Assembly (NCBI GenBank): GCA_964187785.1
Contig: OZ076409.1
Location: 84,260,001-84,324,000 of the forward strand
DNA from: Amphiscolops sp. MND2022
Lineage: Eukaryota
Direction: 5' to 3'
DNA: 64,000 bases
The notes under the pieces were generated by a model, which was not told the DNA's origin, searched no databases, and was given only the letters and a program-made list of their open reading frames with translations. The translations under genes and the position numbers were made by a program. This document shows, piece after piece, positions 11,930 through 25,800 of this stretch (the first letter of the stretch is position 1; every line of letters starts with the position of its first letter).

Positions 11930-13700
11930 GAATTCAACTCACATAAATTTACTTTTGTGCGATTTGTTATTTGTGGAGATTTCTGGACATTTTCAGTTGA
12001 CCCCAAGGACCCCAGAATGGCCCAAAAACGACCCCAAAAATGAGAAAGTTTGCAAAATTCCAATTTTTTACATTTTACTGCAATTTTGTCATTTTGTCGA
12101 TAGATATCTTGGATTACAACGTTGAAAAATTTCAACAAGGCAAGAATTCGGTCTCTAGTAGTCGTTTATGAAGAGAAAAATGCGTTTTTTTGGAAAGAAA
12201 ATGACCCAAAAATTCCCGATTTTAACAGTTTTTATGCAATTTTTGTCAAAATTTGAATAGACTTCTTGGATTAGAATGTTGGAAACGTTCAACATGGCAT
12301 TAGTTTGCTGTCCAGTAGGCATTTCTGCAGAGATAACTGCTCTTTTTATATGAAAAAATCTCAAATTGACCCCGAAAACGACAAAATCTCAAAACTTCCA
12401 ATTTTCAAAAATTTTATGCATTTTTTCCAAGTTATTAACGGACTTTGTGAATTGGAACGCTAAAAAGGGTCTACAAGGAAAGAATGCGTTCTTCAGTACG
12501 CTTAGAAAAGGGATAAATGCAGTTTTTTCAACGGAAACTGTCCGGAATCGACATCGAAAAAGACAAAATTTTGAAAAATTTCCAGTTTTCACTAAATTTG
12601 TTCAATTTTTGTCAAAATTTCGATGGACTTCGTGAACTAGAATGTTAAAACGCCTAAGGCATGGGCAAATATATTGGTTTGGTGAGCTTTCGTCAAGAGA
12701 TGAGTTCAATTTGTAAAAAAAATGTTTCAAATTCACACTGGATTGTCAAAACATTTGATTTTTTTGTCGGTCTGATGCAATTTCTGGACAATTTCCGAGA
12801 GATTTTGTTTCAAGTTCCAACACAATCGATCAAACAACAAAAAACGAGCTATCCATTACAGTGTTTGAAGAAAACGTTGCAGCGTTTTGCTTCAAATACA
12901 CTTCTAAAAGTGTCGAAATTTTCCAACATCCTCGTTTTTGTGCAACTTGAGTACATTTTGAATCGTGTTGGAGTCAGAATGTTGGCAACAGTTCAACAAA
13001 GAAGCCTGAACTTTTAAACGAACATTTGCGGACTTCGGGTGGAAAATGGATCAAAATTGACCGCAAAAAAGTCGAATATCTCCAAAAATATTTTTTGCTA
13101 TTTTTAGTAACTTTTTATTTGAGATTGGAAACATACGATAAAGTAAAAGCTTCAAAAAGCTTCAGACAACAGAACTATGTTTGAAGCACATTTTCAAAAA
13201 ACTTGCCTAATTTTTTGGTCGAAGTTTTCTCGGAATTACCCAAATAGTATTGTTTTTACATTTTTAGACAGTTTTTTGTACAATTTTTGAGCTACTTACT
13301 TGCATAAAACAGTTTGAAAAAACTCAACAATCACTGATCCTGGTGTCTCCAGTAGGCAATTTCGAAGAGATAACTCCGTTTGTTTGTTGTAATTGGCCTC
13401 AAAAACACCCGAAAATCTATGAAACAACAAAGAAGCACGTTGTTTGACAAACTAATCCCAATTTTTGTTCATAATACGAAAATGTTTGAAGAATAGACCT
13501 TCCAATAATTTGAGCATTGAAACAATAGGGAATCCAAAACCCAAATTGGGAAAATAGGATGAATTTCATCGAGTTTACAACAAAGGTGTCAAAGTTTCTG
13601 AACATTCGTTATTTTCGGCAACATAGGCACAATTTTTGAACATTTCAGAAAATTTACTTCAATCAGAAACACCATAGGCTCAGGATTGAAACGTGTAGCT
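11930..13700. repeat. Degenerate tandem array, period roughly 160-185 bp
   Basis: Recurring motif like tttatgcaatttttgtcaaaattt..atagacttc.tggattagaatgtt near 12073, 12230, 12412 and 12597, and more weakly near 12775, 12940, 13095 and 13275; boundaries approximate. Confidence 0.55.
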
Positions 13701-16644
13701 ACCGTTAGTGTTTCAAAAAGATATCAGACATTTTTATTTGTACAACTTCCAAAAACGTAACTTGAAAACGCAATTTTCAACGTAACCTGTCCAATTTTTA
13801 ATATTCAAAAACCTCCAAGCAAAATCACTAAATATGGAGAACATCTTCCAAAGCAAAATGTTCTGAGCTACTTCGTGTGTTTGAATTGGGTAAACATTCA
13901 ACAACAACTAAACTCGGTGTCCTGGAGGCTTGTTGCCAAACATCTGTTGATTCATGTTAGAAAAGTTCCTCAATTTGACCCCAAAGTTGACAAAACTATT
14001 TCCAATTCCTGACACTTTTGGTGAAACTATGTGCAATATTATAACAAACTGGGATCGCGCAACTTTCCTAAAATTGCAAAGGACATAGTTTCTAGCTTTT
14101 AACATTTTATCTGTGCCAAAAGTCACCTCAAGAAGTACGCCTGAGACTAGGAAACTATTTTTTCCTCAACAGGAGTGACAAAAATTCCATTTTTTTCCGC
14201 TAAAGTTCCATTATGGCGAAACGAGTTCGAACTCCCAAAACTACTTCCTCACGCTGAAATCAGCTATGAAAGCAAGGGTACTCTTTTACCGAATGAAAGT
14301 TTCGGAAAGACGCACAGAGCTGAAAAAAAACTGAACTGAGGTAATTTCCACAACCATTAAGAAACATCGTCAGTTCCATATGATCAAAAGTATCAAAGAA
14401 GTCACCCTCAAGACTCGGGAAGCTTATTTACGTTACAGAAAACCTCAAAAACAAAAATTTTGAAAAATATTTTTCGAAAATTCTTTTCAAAAATTTATTG
14501 AAATTTTCTCTTTTGCGGTAAGTGGCATAGTGCAGAAAAAACGAAAAGTGGCTAGCTATCGCAGAAAAAGTAAATTAGGTGATTCCTTTAAGATGGGCTA
14601 AGATGAATCGAAGATTTTTTTTTCGAACTTCTTTGCTTTTTATAGTGCTTTGGCTATTCTCGAGCCTCATTTTTATGTAGCTGTAGAACAGTTTAGGGCG
14701 GAAAATACCTCGCTGCTCAGCGGGTGTCTTGTTTGATTATTCAATAAATCTTAATCATTTTTGCCAGTGAAAGTTTGCATTCAATTACTATCCTATTCAA
14801 AATAGCTGCAATAGCGTCTTGTATGTCCAATTTTCTCGCAAGTGTCACAAAGGAATGCCGAATCTTCTAATAATTGTTTGACAATGATCGAGGAATAAAG
14901 CTGAAAGCCTGTTCTCTAAATTGGTCGTCAAAAACGCGTATACTATCTGAAAAATGCATGAATTTCGAAAATGTTACGGAAAATCTCATGCACCTTCTTC
15001 TTCTTCTTCCTCCCCTTCAAAGTCATTCAGACCCGAACCAGGCTGCATTCTCTCTTCATCAGTCAAAGATGGTCTTTCTAGATCTAAACAAAAGTAAATT
15101 TGTTCTCCAAATTTTTCATGACAGAAAAGGGAAGTTACAAGTGCTGAAACAAAAAAGCACTGAAATATTTCATATTTTTACAGTTTTGAAGCTGCTTTTA
15201 GTGTCAATTAATGCTAACGTTCAAATTACAGACTTGTCTTTCATGAAACTTTAAATGTTGAAAACGACATCTTCAAAAATACTTTGGAACTGAAAAAGGC
15301 ATCAATAGATTAGAATAGAATACGCTTCTTGGGAGATGAGAGGCCTGACACTGAATACTCAAATTTTTACAAGACATCTTGGTCCACGTTCGACAGAATT
15401 TATACAGGTTTCTGCCAGTGAAACTTGTCTCAAAGCTAAACCTCAACACTACAACAGCAACATATCCGTTGAAAACTGAACACTGAGTCGTTAAAGAAAA
15501 TCGGATAAAATAACAGGGGGAAGCTTCCATAAGCCAACGGGCTTTCCTATTTAGGACGCATTAGATCAAACAGAACCAACGGATAACGGAGATTTTCATA
15601 GCAATTGATCAATCAAAACGAAAAAGCTGCTGCTGTCAGGAACAGAAGAAGCGTGAACTGACAAACTAACATGACAAGTTGAGCTACCATTGGTCTTAAA
15701 ATCAAGCGAAAGAACTCAAAACATTGAGGTCATTAAACACCCCGCCCCTTACATTAACAGCATAATCAATCATCACCTATCAAGTTTAAAGATTTGAACT
15801 ACCAAAATGAATTCAACTAAGAAAATTCAACTAGAGATCTCGGAAAATTTGCTCGGACAAAGAAAGCAATTCAACAACCTTGTGAAACAAATGAGATAGA
15901 CAGCAGAATCCATCCACCGGTAACAGCTTGCCCGGTTTTAGAAGAACATGCACTTACAATAACCTAACGATCTGATACGGCACTTAGACCAATGGCGCCG
16001 CAGAAAGAAGCGATCAGAAGGTGCCAAAATATTAGACTTCATTTCAACGCTAAAATATCAAAAAAGGAATACGGGTCAAGAGACGATACGGTGAAGAAAT
16101 GAACCTTCATTTCCACCAAAATGAAACCTACCAATCGACTTCAATCTTTCAAGTTATTAGGTATCCCAATTAGTTCGGATATCCCATAGCACCAACAAAA
16201 CGGAGAACCCGTGGATGATGAAAAATTTTGATCGACTTTAAAATCCTGATCATACACAGCGCAAAAGACACGGAGATACAAGCCGTAATCGAAGTTGTAA
16301 TGAACTGTAATTAATAGAGGGTTTGCCTAAGATTTGTAAAAAAAAAGAGGAGAAAACATTTCAATGGGAAGTTGTGTCGAGTTCTGTATACCAGGCTGCA
16401 TAAATTGTTCAGTTTCTCAGTCACATAGTTAATATGATCTTTATAATTAGGGCTTGTGTTAGTGAATACTCCCAAGTACTAACTAGAAGTTGTATTTGAA
16501 ACTATTTTTTGCGCGAAAAACTTTTTCGCCTATCGGGAGCGTTCTGCCGAAGTTTCGCATTTATTCATGTTCAATGATAATTTATTTTCATCGAGCTAAC
16601 TGATAATTCTCCGAGCGTCTCGAAATTTTTTTCTGGATTCTTTT

Positions 16645-16839
16645 CTAGGTTATATACTGTGTTATCATTGCAAACAATGACATTTTGTCATGTTGACATA
16701 CAGATAGCAAGTTGTTTATATATACCAGAAACCGAGAAGGTCTTGATGAGTCTTGTTGCACACTTGTTTTAGGCTCTCTGAAGACCTCACTTCCAAAGAA
16801 ATTTAACGTTATGACACTTAGGAGTAGAAGAGGATCCAT
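16645..16839 (-). pseudogene. Non-LTR retrotransposon (CR1/L2-like) reverse transcriptase relic
   Basis: SVQQDSSRPSRFLVYINNL...SLFAMIT resembles the decayed RT core GVPQGSVLGPLLFLIYINDL...FADDT. Confidence 0.65.
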
Positions 16840-17181
16840 AAGAATTTATAAACCGATCACTGTAGAAAACCTTGCTGAAAAACTGGGGAAAAGCTCAAAA
16901 CCTAAGGTACGGGGGAATAGGTGGAAAAATGAAGAACAGAGCAAATTTCGACCCGAAACAGGCCCAATAATTAATTCCAGGGGAGCATAGTCCAGGCAAG
17001 GCATGATGTATTGGTTAGAGTATTCAGCTTCTACTGGGGCGGTATCAGGTTCGAATCTCTCTCACCATTGCTGGGCCTTAAGCAAGTCCTTCATCCCTAA
17101 CTTAGTAACTTAGCAGTATGGTCATGACAAAAAATGAACCATTCAGCGGAGAAAAAAGCAATATAAACGAGGTGAGCAGTC

Positions 17182-17346
17182 TGTGGTACCGAGTAAAAGA
17201 GCAACCACGGTGTTGGCAAAATACCTACCCGTTGAACAACCAAACGATCAACCAAAAGATTGAACAGTATCATGTTGGTCTAAGCGAATTAGCATACAGT
17301 TACCACTTGAACATTCTTTTTAACAAGCCTAGACAACTTGATTACA
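17182..17346 (+). repeat. 5' LTR of element A
   Basis: tgtggtaccgagtaaaagagcaacc...cttgattaca, roughly 80% similar by eye to 28781-28942. Confidence 0.85.
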
Positions 17347-20300
17347 TGGCGCTGCGAGCTAAAAGTCAGTCTGTTTCGGGCATTCCCGTATTTTGACAAG
17401 ATGCATCAAAAGAGAGAATTTATGAGTGGAGCCGTTGGATCGAGTTTTTCCGAGCCACACTAATGGAAAAATCCTCAATCTCCCTGGATGAATTGGCCAG
17501 ACCCAAAAAAAGCCACAAGAATAAAGAGCCGATGGGCGTGTCAGGAGAGCAGATAGCCCAGGAAAAGGCAGTCTGTTTTCTTTACATTGCGCTCAGAGAA
17601 GCGTCAAGGAAGACACTATTTGACAGAAACCCAAACATGGATATGGAAACCACGAACTTGGCGACCTGATGAAAGAACGCCAAGATGCCATCCATAAGAA
17701 GCGCAATAGACTCATGGACAAACACAAGTTCTTCAACCGCAAGCAAATGGAGGGAGAAACTCTCGAGCAATTTTGGCCCGCGCTAAATGAACTAGCATCA
17801 AACTGTGACTTCGGGTCACAGGCCACTAGTTTAGTTTATGATGTTTTCGTTTCAAAGTGAAAAATGCATCTGGTCAAGAGAGGCATTTTACTGAGACTAA
17901 AGACAATTCCGCAGAAGAGCTACAATTTGCCTTCGCTTTTGAACAGAGCACACAGCAGAAAAAGGAACATTTTATGTGAAACCCATAAACATCAAAGAAG
18001 AACCAGTGCTTGCAGTGGAAAAGAACACTGAGTGCTATAAATGAGAGAAACCATTCATCATGGGTCATCAGAATGTCTTTAAAGCTAAGAATGTAGATTG
18101 CAGAAAATGCGGAGAAACCGGACACTACGCTAGGATGTGCAGAACAGAGAGAGCAGAAACAAAGAAAAACAACTCAACAAATGCAAAATAAATGCAATCC
18201 GCACGAAAAGCCCACGGGGCAGGTCCGATTACGAATCTGCCAAGGACGTGGAAGTCCTACATATAGACGGAGACGTACAGAAGAACAAGCCCTTCGTGCT
18301 AAAGGGCAAATTCAACAAAATACCGTTCCACCCGTTAATTGACATTGGGTCGCCAATCACAATTTTGACCACAGCCGACGCAGAGAAAATGTTTTAGAGC
18401 AATTTAGAATGCGACCGCTTGACAGTAAAGAGAAGTACGTCGATTGTAGCAGCAAAAAGATTGAATTCTTGGGAGCAATCATCGGCCAAGTCGAAACCCT
18501 GGAAACCAGTTGGATAAAGTGCGCGCATTGATCGCGGAAAACGGGTCGAAAACGCTGACAGGAAGAGGTTGGCTAGGAGGCCTGGGGATTCAGCGAATTG
18601 TTTTCGCGCCGAGGAAGGTCATGAAATAAATGCGCAATTCAAAAAAATATGGGTACCGAAAAAACAAAAGGGACGTAGAATACCAATACACCTCCAAAAT
18701 TTGGTTGAAAGCGAAATTGAAAAGTTAATCAAAATGGGACGAATCACAAAAATTACCGATACAAAAGACGATGTTTTAATACAGCCCGCGGTTATCACGG
18801 TCAACAAAAGATAGAAGTATAAAAGTCCCATTAGATGCTAGAGCCATGAACGAAAATATAAAGAAAGACAAGTATCAGATGCCGATTCTACACTTCTTAA
18901 TGTGTACACTTGTCGAAACAATTACCGGAAACGGGACGGGATAAATTTGATTCACATCATTTGGTCTAAAATACGCGTTTTGGCTCTTTTAAACCTCGAT
19001 TTAGCAAAACACTGTAATTTGGCGATCATAGGCGGTAGAGCCAGCAGAATTTCACAGGATAACAGTGATGCCCACCGAATTTCAAAAGATAAGGGAAGAA
19101 ATTTGTTTTTGAGATTTCAAACATTTTTGTCATTGTAGACGACATCTTAATCGTAACAAAAGGAGCAAACAAAAATTTGAAGAACAAGTTAGAGAAGCTT
19201 TTAAAAGATTGGACAGTAGCAAAATGCAACTAAAGGAAGATAAATGCAAAATTGCAAGAAACGAAATCGAATTCCTCCGATTTGAAATGCCAGCAAAGGG
19301 GGTAAAACCACACAATGAGAAACTACATGGCATATCCAGAAAAATGAAGCCAAAAAAGCTCAAAAACTTGAGATCCTACCTCGGGGCAGTGAACCAATTT
19401 ACAAAATTTATACCAGGTGTTAGCGAAAGTAAACCAACCCTTCAGAGAAGTGTTAAAAAGGGTGAAAAGACTATTGGGAATGAACAGAAAAACACGAAAC
19501 TGCCTTCGATCAGGTTCAAAAGAGTCTTCAAGTAATTATAAACTTGTCACCTTTCAAGAGAGAAAACAAGTTGCGAATGATATATTCGACGCGAGTCATC
19601 AAGGTCTTGGTGCACTACTGCTGCAGGAAAAGGGCGAAAAGGAATGGGAACTAATTTCTTGGGCATCAAGATATGAAAGCGATTACGAAATTAAACACTC
19701 CGCAAAAGAACTTGAGCTTCTCGCCATCGTCCGGACAGTAGAACATTTTCGAAGTTTAATATACCGCGTGAACTTCGAAGTAGTCTCAGATCACAAAGCC
19801 TCAGAAACTGCCTTCAAAAAGCAACCATGGGAATAAAGCGTATTCCAGTAAGCTTGTGGATTGGCTAAATTTTATCCTTTGGTATGGAGGTCGTACAACA
19901 ACTGGGTAAAACTATGGGACTAGCGGACTTTTTGTCCCGACACCCAAATGATTATAATGAAAGAAAAAATCCAAAAACGCAAAAGAATTGTGGGAAAATT
20001 GGTTCGTAGTAAACTCAGTTGAAGAAAACAATTAAGGTTACTGTAGGCAGCTATAGGCCAATAGGAGGTTGAAAAAATTGTTTATTCAGTCAATCGAAAT
20101 CGAGCAAATTGTGCACGCGAGCGTTGAAAGCGAGAAAAGAAAGGCGATTGCGTAAATTACAACAGCAAACACTCCAAAATGAGCCGTCTTCATAAGGCCG
20201 AGAAAAGAACGCCGTTCGCAATTTAATCAAAAACTCAAAGATCATCCCGGCTAAACAAGTTGTTCAACCACCCACTTTAAAGCTAATTGCAAATCCGATT

Positions 20301-20856
20301 TCGGATTACAAAACGTAGGGTAGCAGCGCTGCAAAAAGATCAAAACTTCCTCCGCAAGGAAAGCAAATTGTTTAAGCCTGTTTTCAAAAGACTTAGCAGT
20401 GGACCGTGAATTAGTATTCTTCGAGATTATACTGGTCATCTCCCGTGACATGGAGCAAACAATTCTGAAAAGCATTCACAGCGGACACCCAGGACGGGAC
20501 GCCACGCTTGGGTCCGTCGACGGGGTTTGGTGGCCTCAAAGCCACAGACAAATTGCGGCTAGCGCCAAGAGTTGCACAAATTGCCAAAAAGCAGGTAAGA
20601 ACATTGAAGTTTAACAAACACAAAGCGAATTCGGAAGACTCCAAAGGTAAAACAAGTAAACCAGGAAGTAGCATTCTTTTTTGTGGGACCATTCACGGGT
20701 GCACTCGATAATAAAAAACCTACTTGTAAAGACCACTTTTCTGCGTCCCCTACCTGAAATTTTGTCAACAACACCGCAATAAAAGGGGTAGAAGAATTCC
20801 TGCGAAAATACATTAGCGCTAATGGAATTCCACAAACACTAAGCACTGATCAGGCT
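17346..20856 (+). pseudogene. Decayed gag-pol of element A (5' part)
   Basis: PR LIDIGSPITI; RT IVDDILIV near 19132; RNase H FDASHQGLGALL/KELELLAI/SDHK; integrase zinc finger HSGHPG...CTNC; many stops and frameshifts. Confidence 0.85.
17347..17359 (+). promoter_or_regulatory. Primer binding site, tRNA-Ser-like
   Basis: TGGCGCTGCGAGC directly after the LTR; resembles the complement of animal tRNA-Ser 3' ends. Confidence 0.6.
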
Positions 20857-21781
20857 TGTAACGGCTGCTTGCCTTTATCCTGCGCTGAGGCTTGACAAGC
20901 TTTACGCCGCCCTGATCCGTTGCTTAGTGCTGTGGACCGTCACTAAACAATTCCTGGTTTTCTTGTTTTAAAGGACTGTATCTTTTGGCTGGTGGGTCCG
21001 ATGTGACCCGTGGAATCTCCTGCGATCCCTTATTTCACTGAATTGGATCCGATGTGATCCTGCACACACTTCCCTCACAGTATCTTCACGCGCTCCGGCT
21101 CTCCGTACTATGAGAGTAGCTACTTAGTCGCTCTGACTCTAGCGAAAAGTTGTGAAGATTGAGAAGTTGATTAATTAGTCTCGCGGTCCTGAGACCCAAC
21201 TTGACTATAGCTATTCAGTGGAGAAAATAATCTCTATCTAATAATGGTATTAATGTGGTTTACAATTCTACAGTAAATATAGAGCGAATATAAGTTGAAA
21301 TATGTGGTATAAATAAATGACATTTAAGTGAATTATTAAAGTTATTAGCTATGTAAACAAAGCACATGGTGGTTTTAGCATGTTGGTTAGGTGGGTTAGA
21401 AGCATGTTTACACAGTGTAAATATCATCAATTGCAACAGAGGCACATTCTAATGTGGTCATATAGGTAAATAACAAAGTTTACATTATTGGCATAATGAC
21501 CTTGAACATCACACATGTGAGGGGTAAAGGGGGTTATAATGGGGGAATAACCTTGAAACTTAGCCGGTGTTTCCGTGTTAGGTCGTTGCATATGTGTGGC
21601 AAGTTTCGTGGTTCTACGACTTACAGATGTCGAGAAAATCCCGACTGGGGGGATTTTTCGATTTGGTTCCCCTTGACTTTTCATCAAAATTGCATCTAAG
21701 TTATAAAGTGTTTAAGTTCTTGTTTTTCAACCAACATGTTCTGAATCGAGTTTCTTTGCCTGTTGATGACTGGCGCCGACA
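20857..21781 (-). repeat. BEL/Pao 3' LTR
   Basis: TGTAACGG...GCCGACA; six substitutions noticed relative to 26945-27869. Confidence 0.9.
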
Positions 21782-22108
21782 AGGCTACTGCCTTTATGGG
21801 AACAGAGTTCAGATAATTTAGAAACGAGCTAGGAACACGGCACGTAGTCTGCCCGGTACACGACCACCGGGAAAACGGAAAAGTGGCGAGATTGGTACGG
21901 ACAAAAACCGAGAGGTTTAGAGCGAATCCCGAAATTCTAGTCGAGAAGCAGAACAAATTGTTCTATGAACTAATAAGCGCGCTAAAAATTAGTAAAGGAA
22001 CGGACGGGAAATCTTTCTTTGAGGGGCATATGGGTAGAAAGTTGAATTCTATTACATCAATAATTGTGCAATTGAATAAAAAGTTAAAAGATTCAGAATT
22101 CGACTGAA
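21782..22108 (+). repeat. Ectopic duplicate of the host Gypsy integrase flank inside the BEL element
   Basis: Identical by eye to 27870-28196, including the AGGCT TSD copy. Confidence 0.9.
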
Positions 22109-22330
22109 AAACACTTTCATAGAACATGGGTGCCAGTTTCACTACTGGTTTTTTGAGTCTTCCATCTTCCGTTTTCACCAGCGCTGATCTCACTCGCCCA
22201 TCGCTTCCATGATAGACTTCCAACACTCTGCCCATCTTGTAGTGTGCTCTTTTCACCTTGTCATCTACTATCCAAACCAAATCATTGACTTCCAGTTGTC
22301 TAACTTCTTCTTTAATCCATTTTCCAAAGG
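22109..22330 (-). pseudogene. BEL/Pao polyprotein C-terminal domain (DUF5641-like)
   Basis: KWIKEEVRQLEVNDLVWIVDD...YKMGRVLEVYHGSDGRVRSALVKT...KPVVKLAPM. Confidence 0.8.
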
Positions 22331-22859
22331 AGTCTTGTCGCATCATCACTTCCCATGATGCGGCCGGCCCTATGCAAGGCTCAATTTTACAGCTTGCTGT
22401 TGTTCTGGCTTTTGAAGAACCCATTTGCGTCTCCATCAAGGATATTTCGCTTGCAAATTCATCTGCCTTCATATTTGCATGTAGGATGCCATTTGTATTC
22501 AACTGAGCGCTTTCGTTCATTCCATGTAATCGAATTGAGATAGGTTCAAACTTCCAAGCTCGTTTCTCGAATTGCTTGCTGTGGCCAGTGCTCAACTGAG
22601 TGTGCACGTTAGGGTTAGCTTGTGCCACTGCATCCATTCCCGAGTTTCCATTACCTAACCAGTTGTTACAATTTTCACTGTCGTTTGGAATAAATTTGTC
22701 CAGCAGTTTTTCTTTCCGCTCAACATCATGTTTTCTCCAAAATGACATCCTTACGGCTTTTGTTCTATCACTTGCGTTGTCTTTAGACGGTTGGTTGCGT
22801 TCCAACAAATCACTGGAGTGTCTTCGATTCATCGCTTTTCCTCTTGAATATTCATGAAG

Positions 22860-25800
22860 TTAGACTTGACACTCTTTTACGAATTCAACCACTTTGTTAA
22901 TTTGAGAACACTTTTTTCCCTCTTCAAGTGTTAGAGTGTTGACAGCGAGTTTTATTGCTTGTTTTTGAGTTGATTGCTTTTCTTTCACATGCTGTAGCAC
23001 AGAGGCGACAGCCATATTCTGTTTCACCAAATCAAGCATCACAGTAAATTCTTCCAGGGTTCGGAGGTTTGATTCAATTGCAAAACTTTCATGTTCGTTC
23101 TTTTCTTCTACAATTGAGAAACCCATGTTTTTGTCTTGTTCGACTATCATATGATCACTCACAGCTAGGTGCATTTCGTCTTGCCAGACTTTCTTGATCT
23201 CCAAAAGGAGGGGTTTAGTACTGACTTCCTGCCAGTTTCTTTCTACAACGATTATGTCTGGTGAGATCTCCGTATTTTCCTTGGACATTTCGGATACGCT
23301 GCAGTGGGAAGTATACAATTCCATGCTCGATCGAGTTTTCATCTGATCCACCAATGGATTCACATCTGCAAAAACCAAACTTTCAGTGGCGAACTTGGCA
23401 GTTTCTTGTTGAGGCAAGGGTCCACTAAGCATCCACCCCAATTTTGTCAATACGGCCAAGGTTTTGACTTTTCACATTTTCTATACCCATTGGCTCTATG
23501 CAAGTGGTAACAATCTTGTCCCAAGATGACTTTTACATCTTTCAAGTTGATGGTAGAGTCTTTCAATACTGACAGGTGAGGATATGTTTCCTTCAATTTC
23601 TTGAGATTGTACGTTAGATTTCCTGCATTCACGTTGGGATGACTATAGGCCATGATACCTTCTTTGACCTTTCCGTCGTGATCTCCAATCCTGACTCGAA
23701 GTCGTTTGCTACTAAAATCTGAGGTACCATGAATCCCTGCAACATTCAGATCCACTGGCTGTCCCGTCAGATTTAGCGTTTTCATCAGGCTCTCGTCCAC
23801 AAAGGATAAGCTTGCTCCAGAGTCACACAAAGCGAACGTTTTCAGTGTTTTGCTCCCACTTCCTATCGTTACTGGAACGACTGGAAGCACACCACTGCTT
23901 CTCATTGATGACAGGTTAGAAACCTCATCAACATTTTCAACATTTTGCATCTGTTCCTCGTTCTTGTAAGGTCGGTGTAGCAATCTGTGATGAGGTTTAC
24001 CGCAACCATTTACGTCGCAAAGTCTACCAGAGCAATTCGGCATCTGATGCGCGTCTGATAGACATTTGAAGCACAGCTTCAGTTCTTTCGCCTTTTGTCC
24101 TCTTTCTTCGACGTTCATTTTCTTGAACTTTTCGCAATTCCAAATTGGATGTTTGCCGTCTTTCAACACACACTCTCGCTGAGTTTTCGAATTGTCATTT
24201 GCTGAGTTTGTTGCAGATGTGGCAAAGGTAGAGCCTTCGGCCTTTTCCTTGTAGCTCGTCTTTGCACGTTCAGCGTTCGGGTTTGAAGACATAAGCAGTT
24301 CATCTTGCACTTCTGCTATATCATTTAGCCATTCACTGAACACAGCGAGCCCAGTTTGATACAGATTCATTTGCTTCACATGAGTGAGCCACTTCATTTT
24401 TATGTCCAGTGTTAACTTCCTTGTGGCACTGCCTAAAACTCCTTCTGAGTTTAGGTCTCCCACGTAGTTGAATTGTGTCAAAACATTCACGCAACTCGAC
24501 ACTATTCTTGCAAACTTGATCAATGCGGTTCCATCATAAGGTTTCATCGGCGGAAAGGAGTATATTCGCTTCAGCTGAGCATTTACGACCATCTGCGGTT
24601 TTCCAAAGTTTCGAACTAGCACGTTCCATGCCACATTGTACATCTCAGCTGTGTATCCCAAGCCAGCAATCGCCTCTTTGGCTTTGCCCGTGACCATTGT
24701 TTTCAGGTGATTCATCTTCACACTGTCGTTCATGTTCGCTGCATGAACTGTTGCTTGGAATAGTTGTGACCACTCCGGCTACTCCAATGGGTCACCTGAA
24801 AACTCTGCCAGCTTCAGTTTTGGCAAGCTTGATCTTATGAAAGAGTCGTCTCCCGTATTGGACGCTATGTTAGGCCCTTGGCTTGGCATATACTGCTTCT
24901 GTGTGTTCGCAAGCTGTGGTACTTGAAACGCACTACTCGGGTTGCCTCCATTTGTAGGTGGTACCCAGCTTTGGCCGGCCATAAGGGTCATTGGCGGCTT
25001 CGATGTGGCGAATTTCACTTCTGGTTGTGCTGTTGCTCTTTGACTGCCAACTCCCATGACAGTCTTTGTTCTGTCCTTTCCAATATCTCGCATAGAGGCT
25101 TCTGTGAATATGGTCGGTTTCACTGAGGGTTTCAAGTCCCTCACTAGCGCGGAGCACTGTCCTTCATGCATCGATTGTACTGTAATCACTGGTGCGGAGA
25201 CGGACGCTTGCTGGTGTACAGATGGTACGTTAATCGACGATGCCACGTTTTCAGCTTCTTGTGTCTTGTCCATCCAATCTGAGACTTTCGTCAAATTGTC
25301 GTCTGGTGACTCGACTGGTGAAATACTTCGCAAGCTGGTGCTACAACTACTTGAAAATTTCGCCAGTTCTATTTCTTTTTCTGCAATTCTGGTCTTGCGG
25401 GCCACCTCACCTTGCAAGTCTGCTATTTCCATTTCCTTTTGTTTTGTTTCTCTTCCCAGTTTCTCCAGGCGGGATTGCAGTTCTTCTTGCTCCTCAGAGC
25501 GTTTAGCTTCAAGTGTAGAACTGGTCTTGCGCTTGATGTTTTTGAAATCACAGACGTCTTCTGAAATCAAGCGCAAGACGAGTTCTACACTTCGAGCTAA
25601 AAGCTCTGAAAGAGCAAGAAGAACTGCAATCCCGCCTGGAGAAACTGGGAAGAGAAACAAAACAAAAGGAAATGGAAATAGCAGACTTGCAAGGTGAGGT
25701 GGCCCGCAAGGCCAGAATTGCACAAAAGGAAATAGAACTGGCGAAATTTTCAAGTAGTTGTAGCACCAGCTTGCGAAGTATTTCACCAGCTTTTGGTTTT

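Noticed and set aside
14700..15760. Possible LINE endonuclease relic on the minus strand
   Set aside because: Only a GG-V-like trace near 15745; too decayed to support.
25056..25697. 213-aa plus-strand ORF
   Set aside because: By-product of antisense gag plus the inverted duplication.
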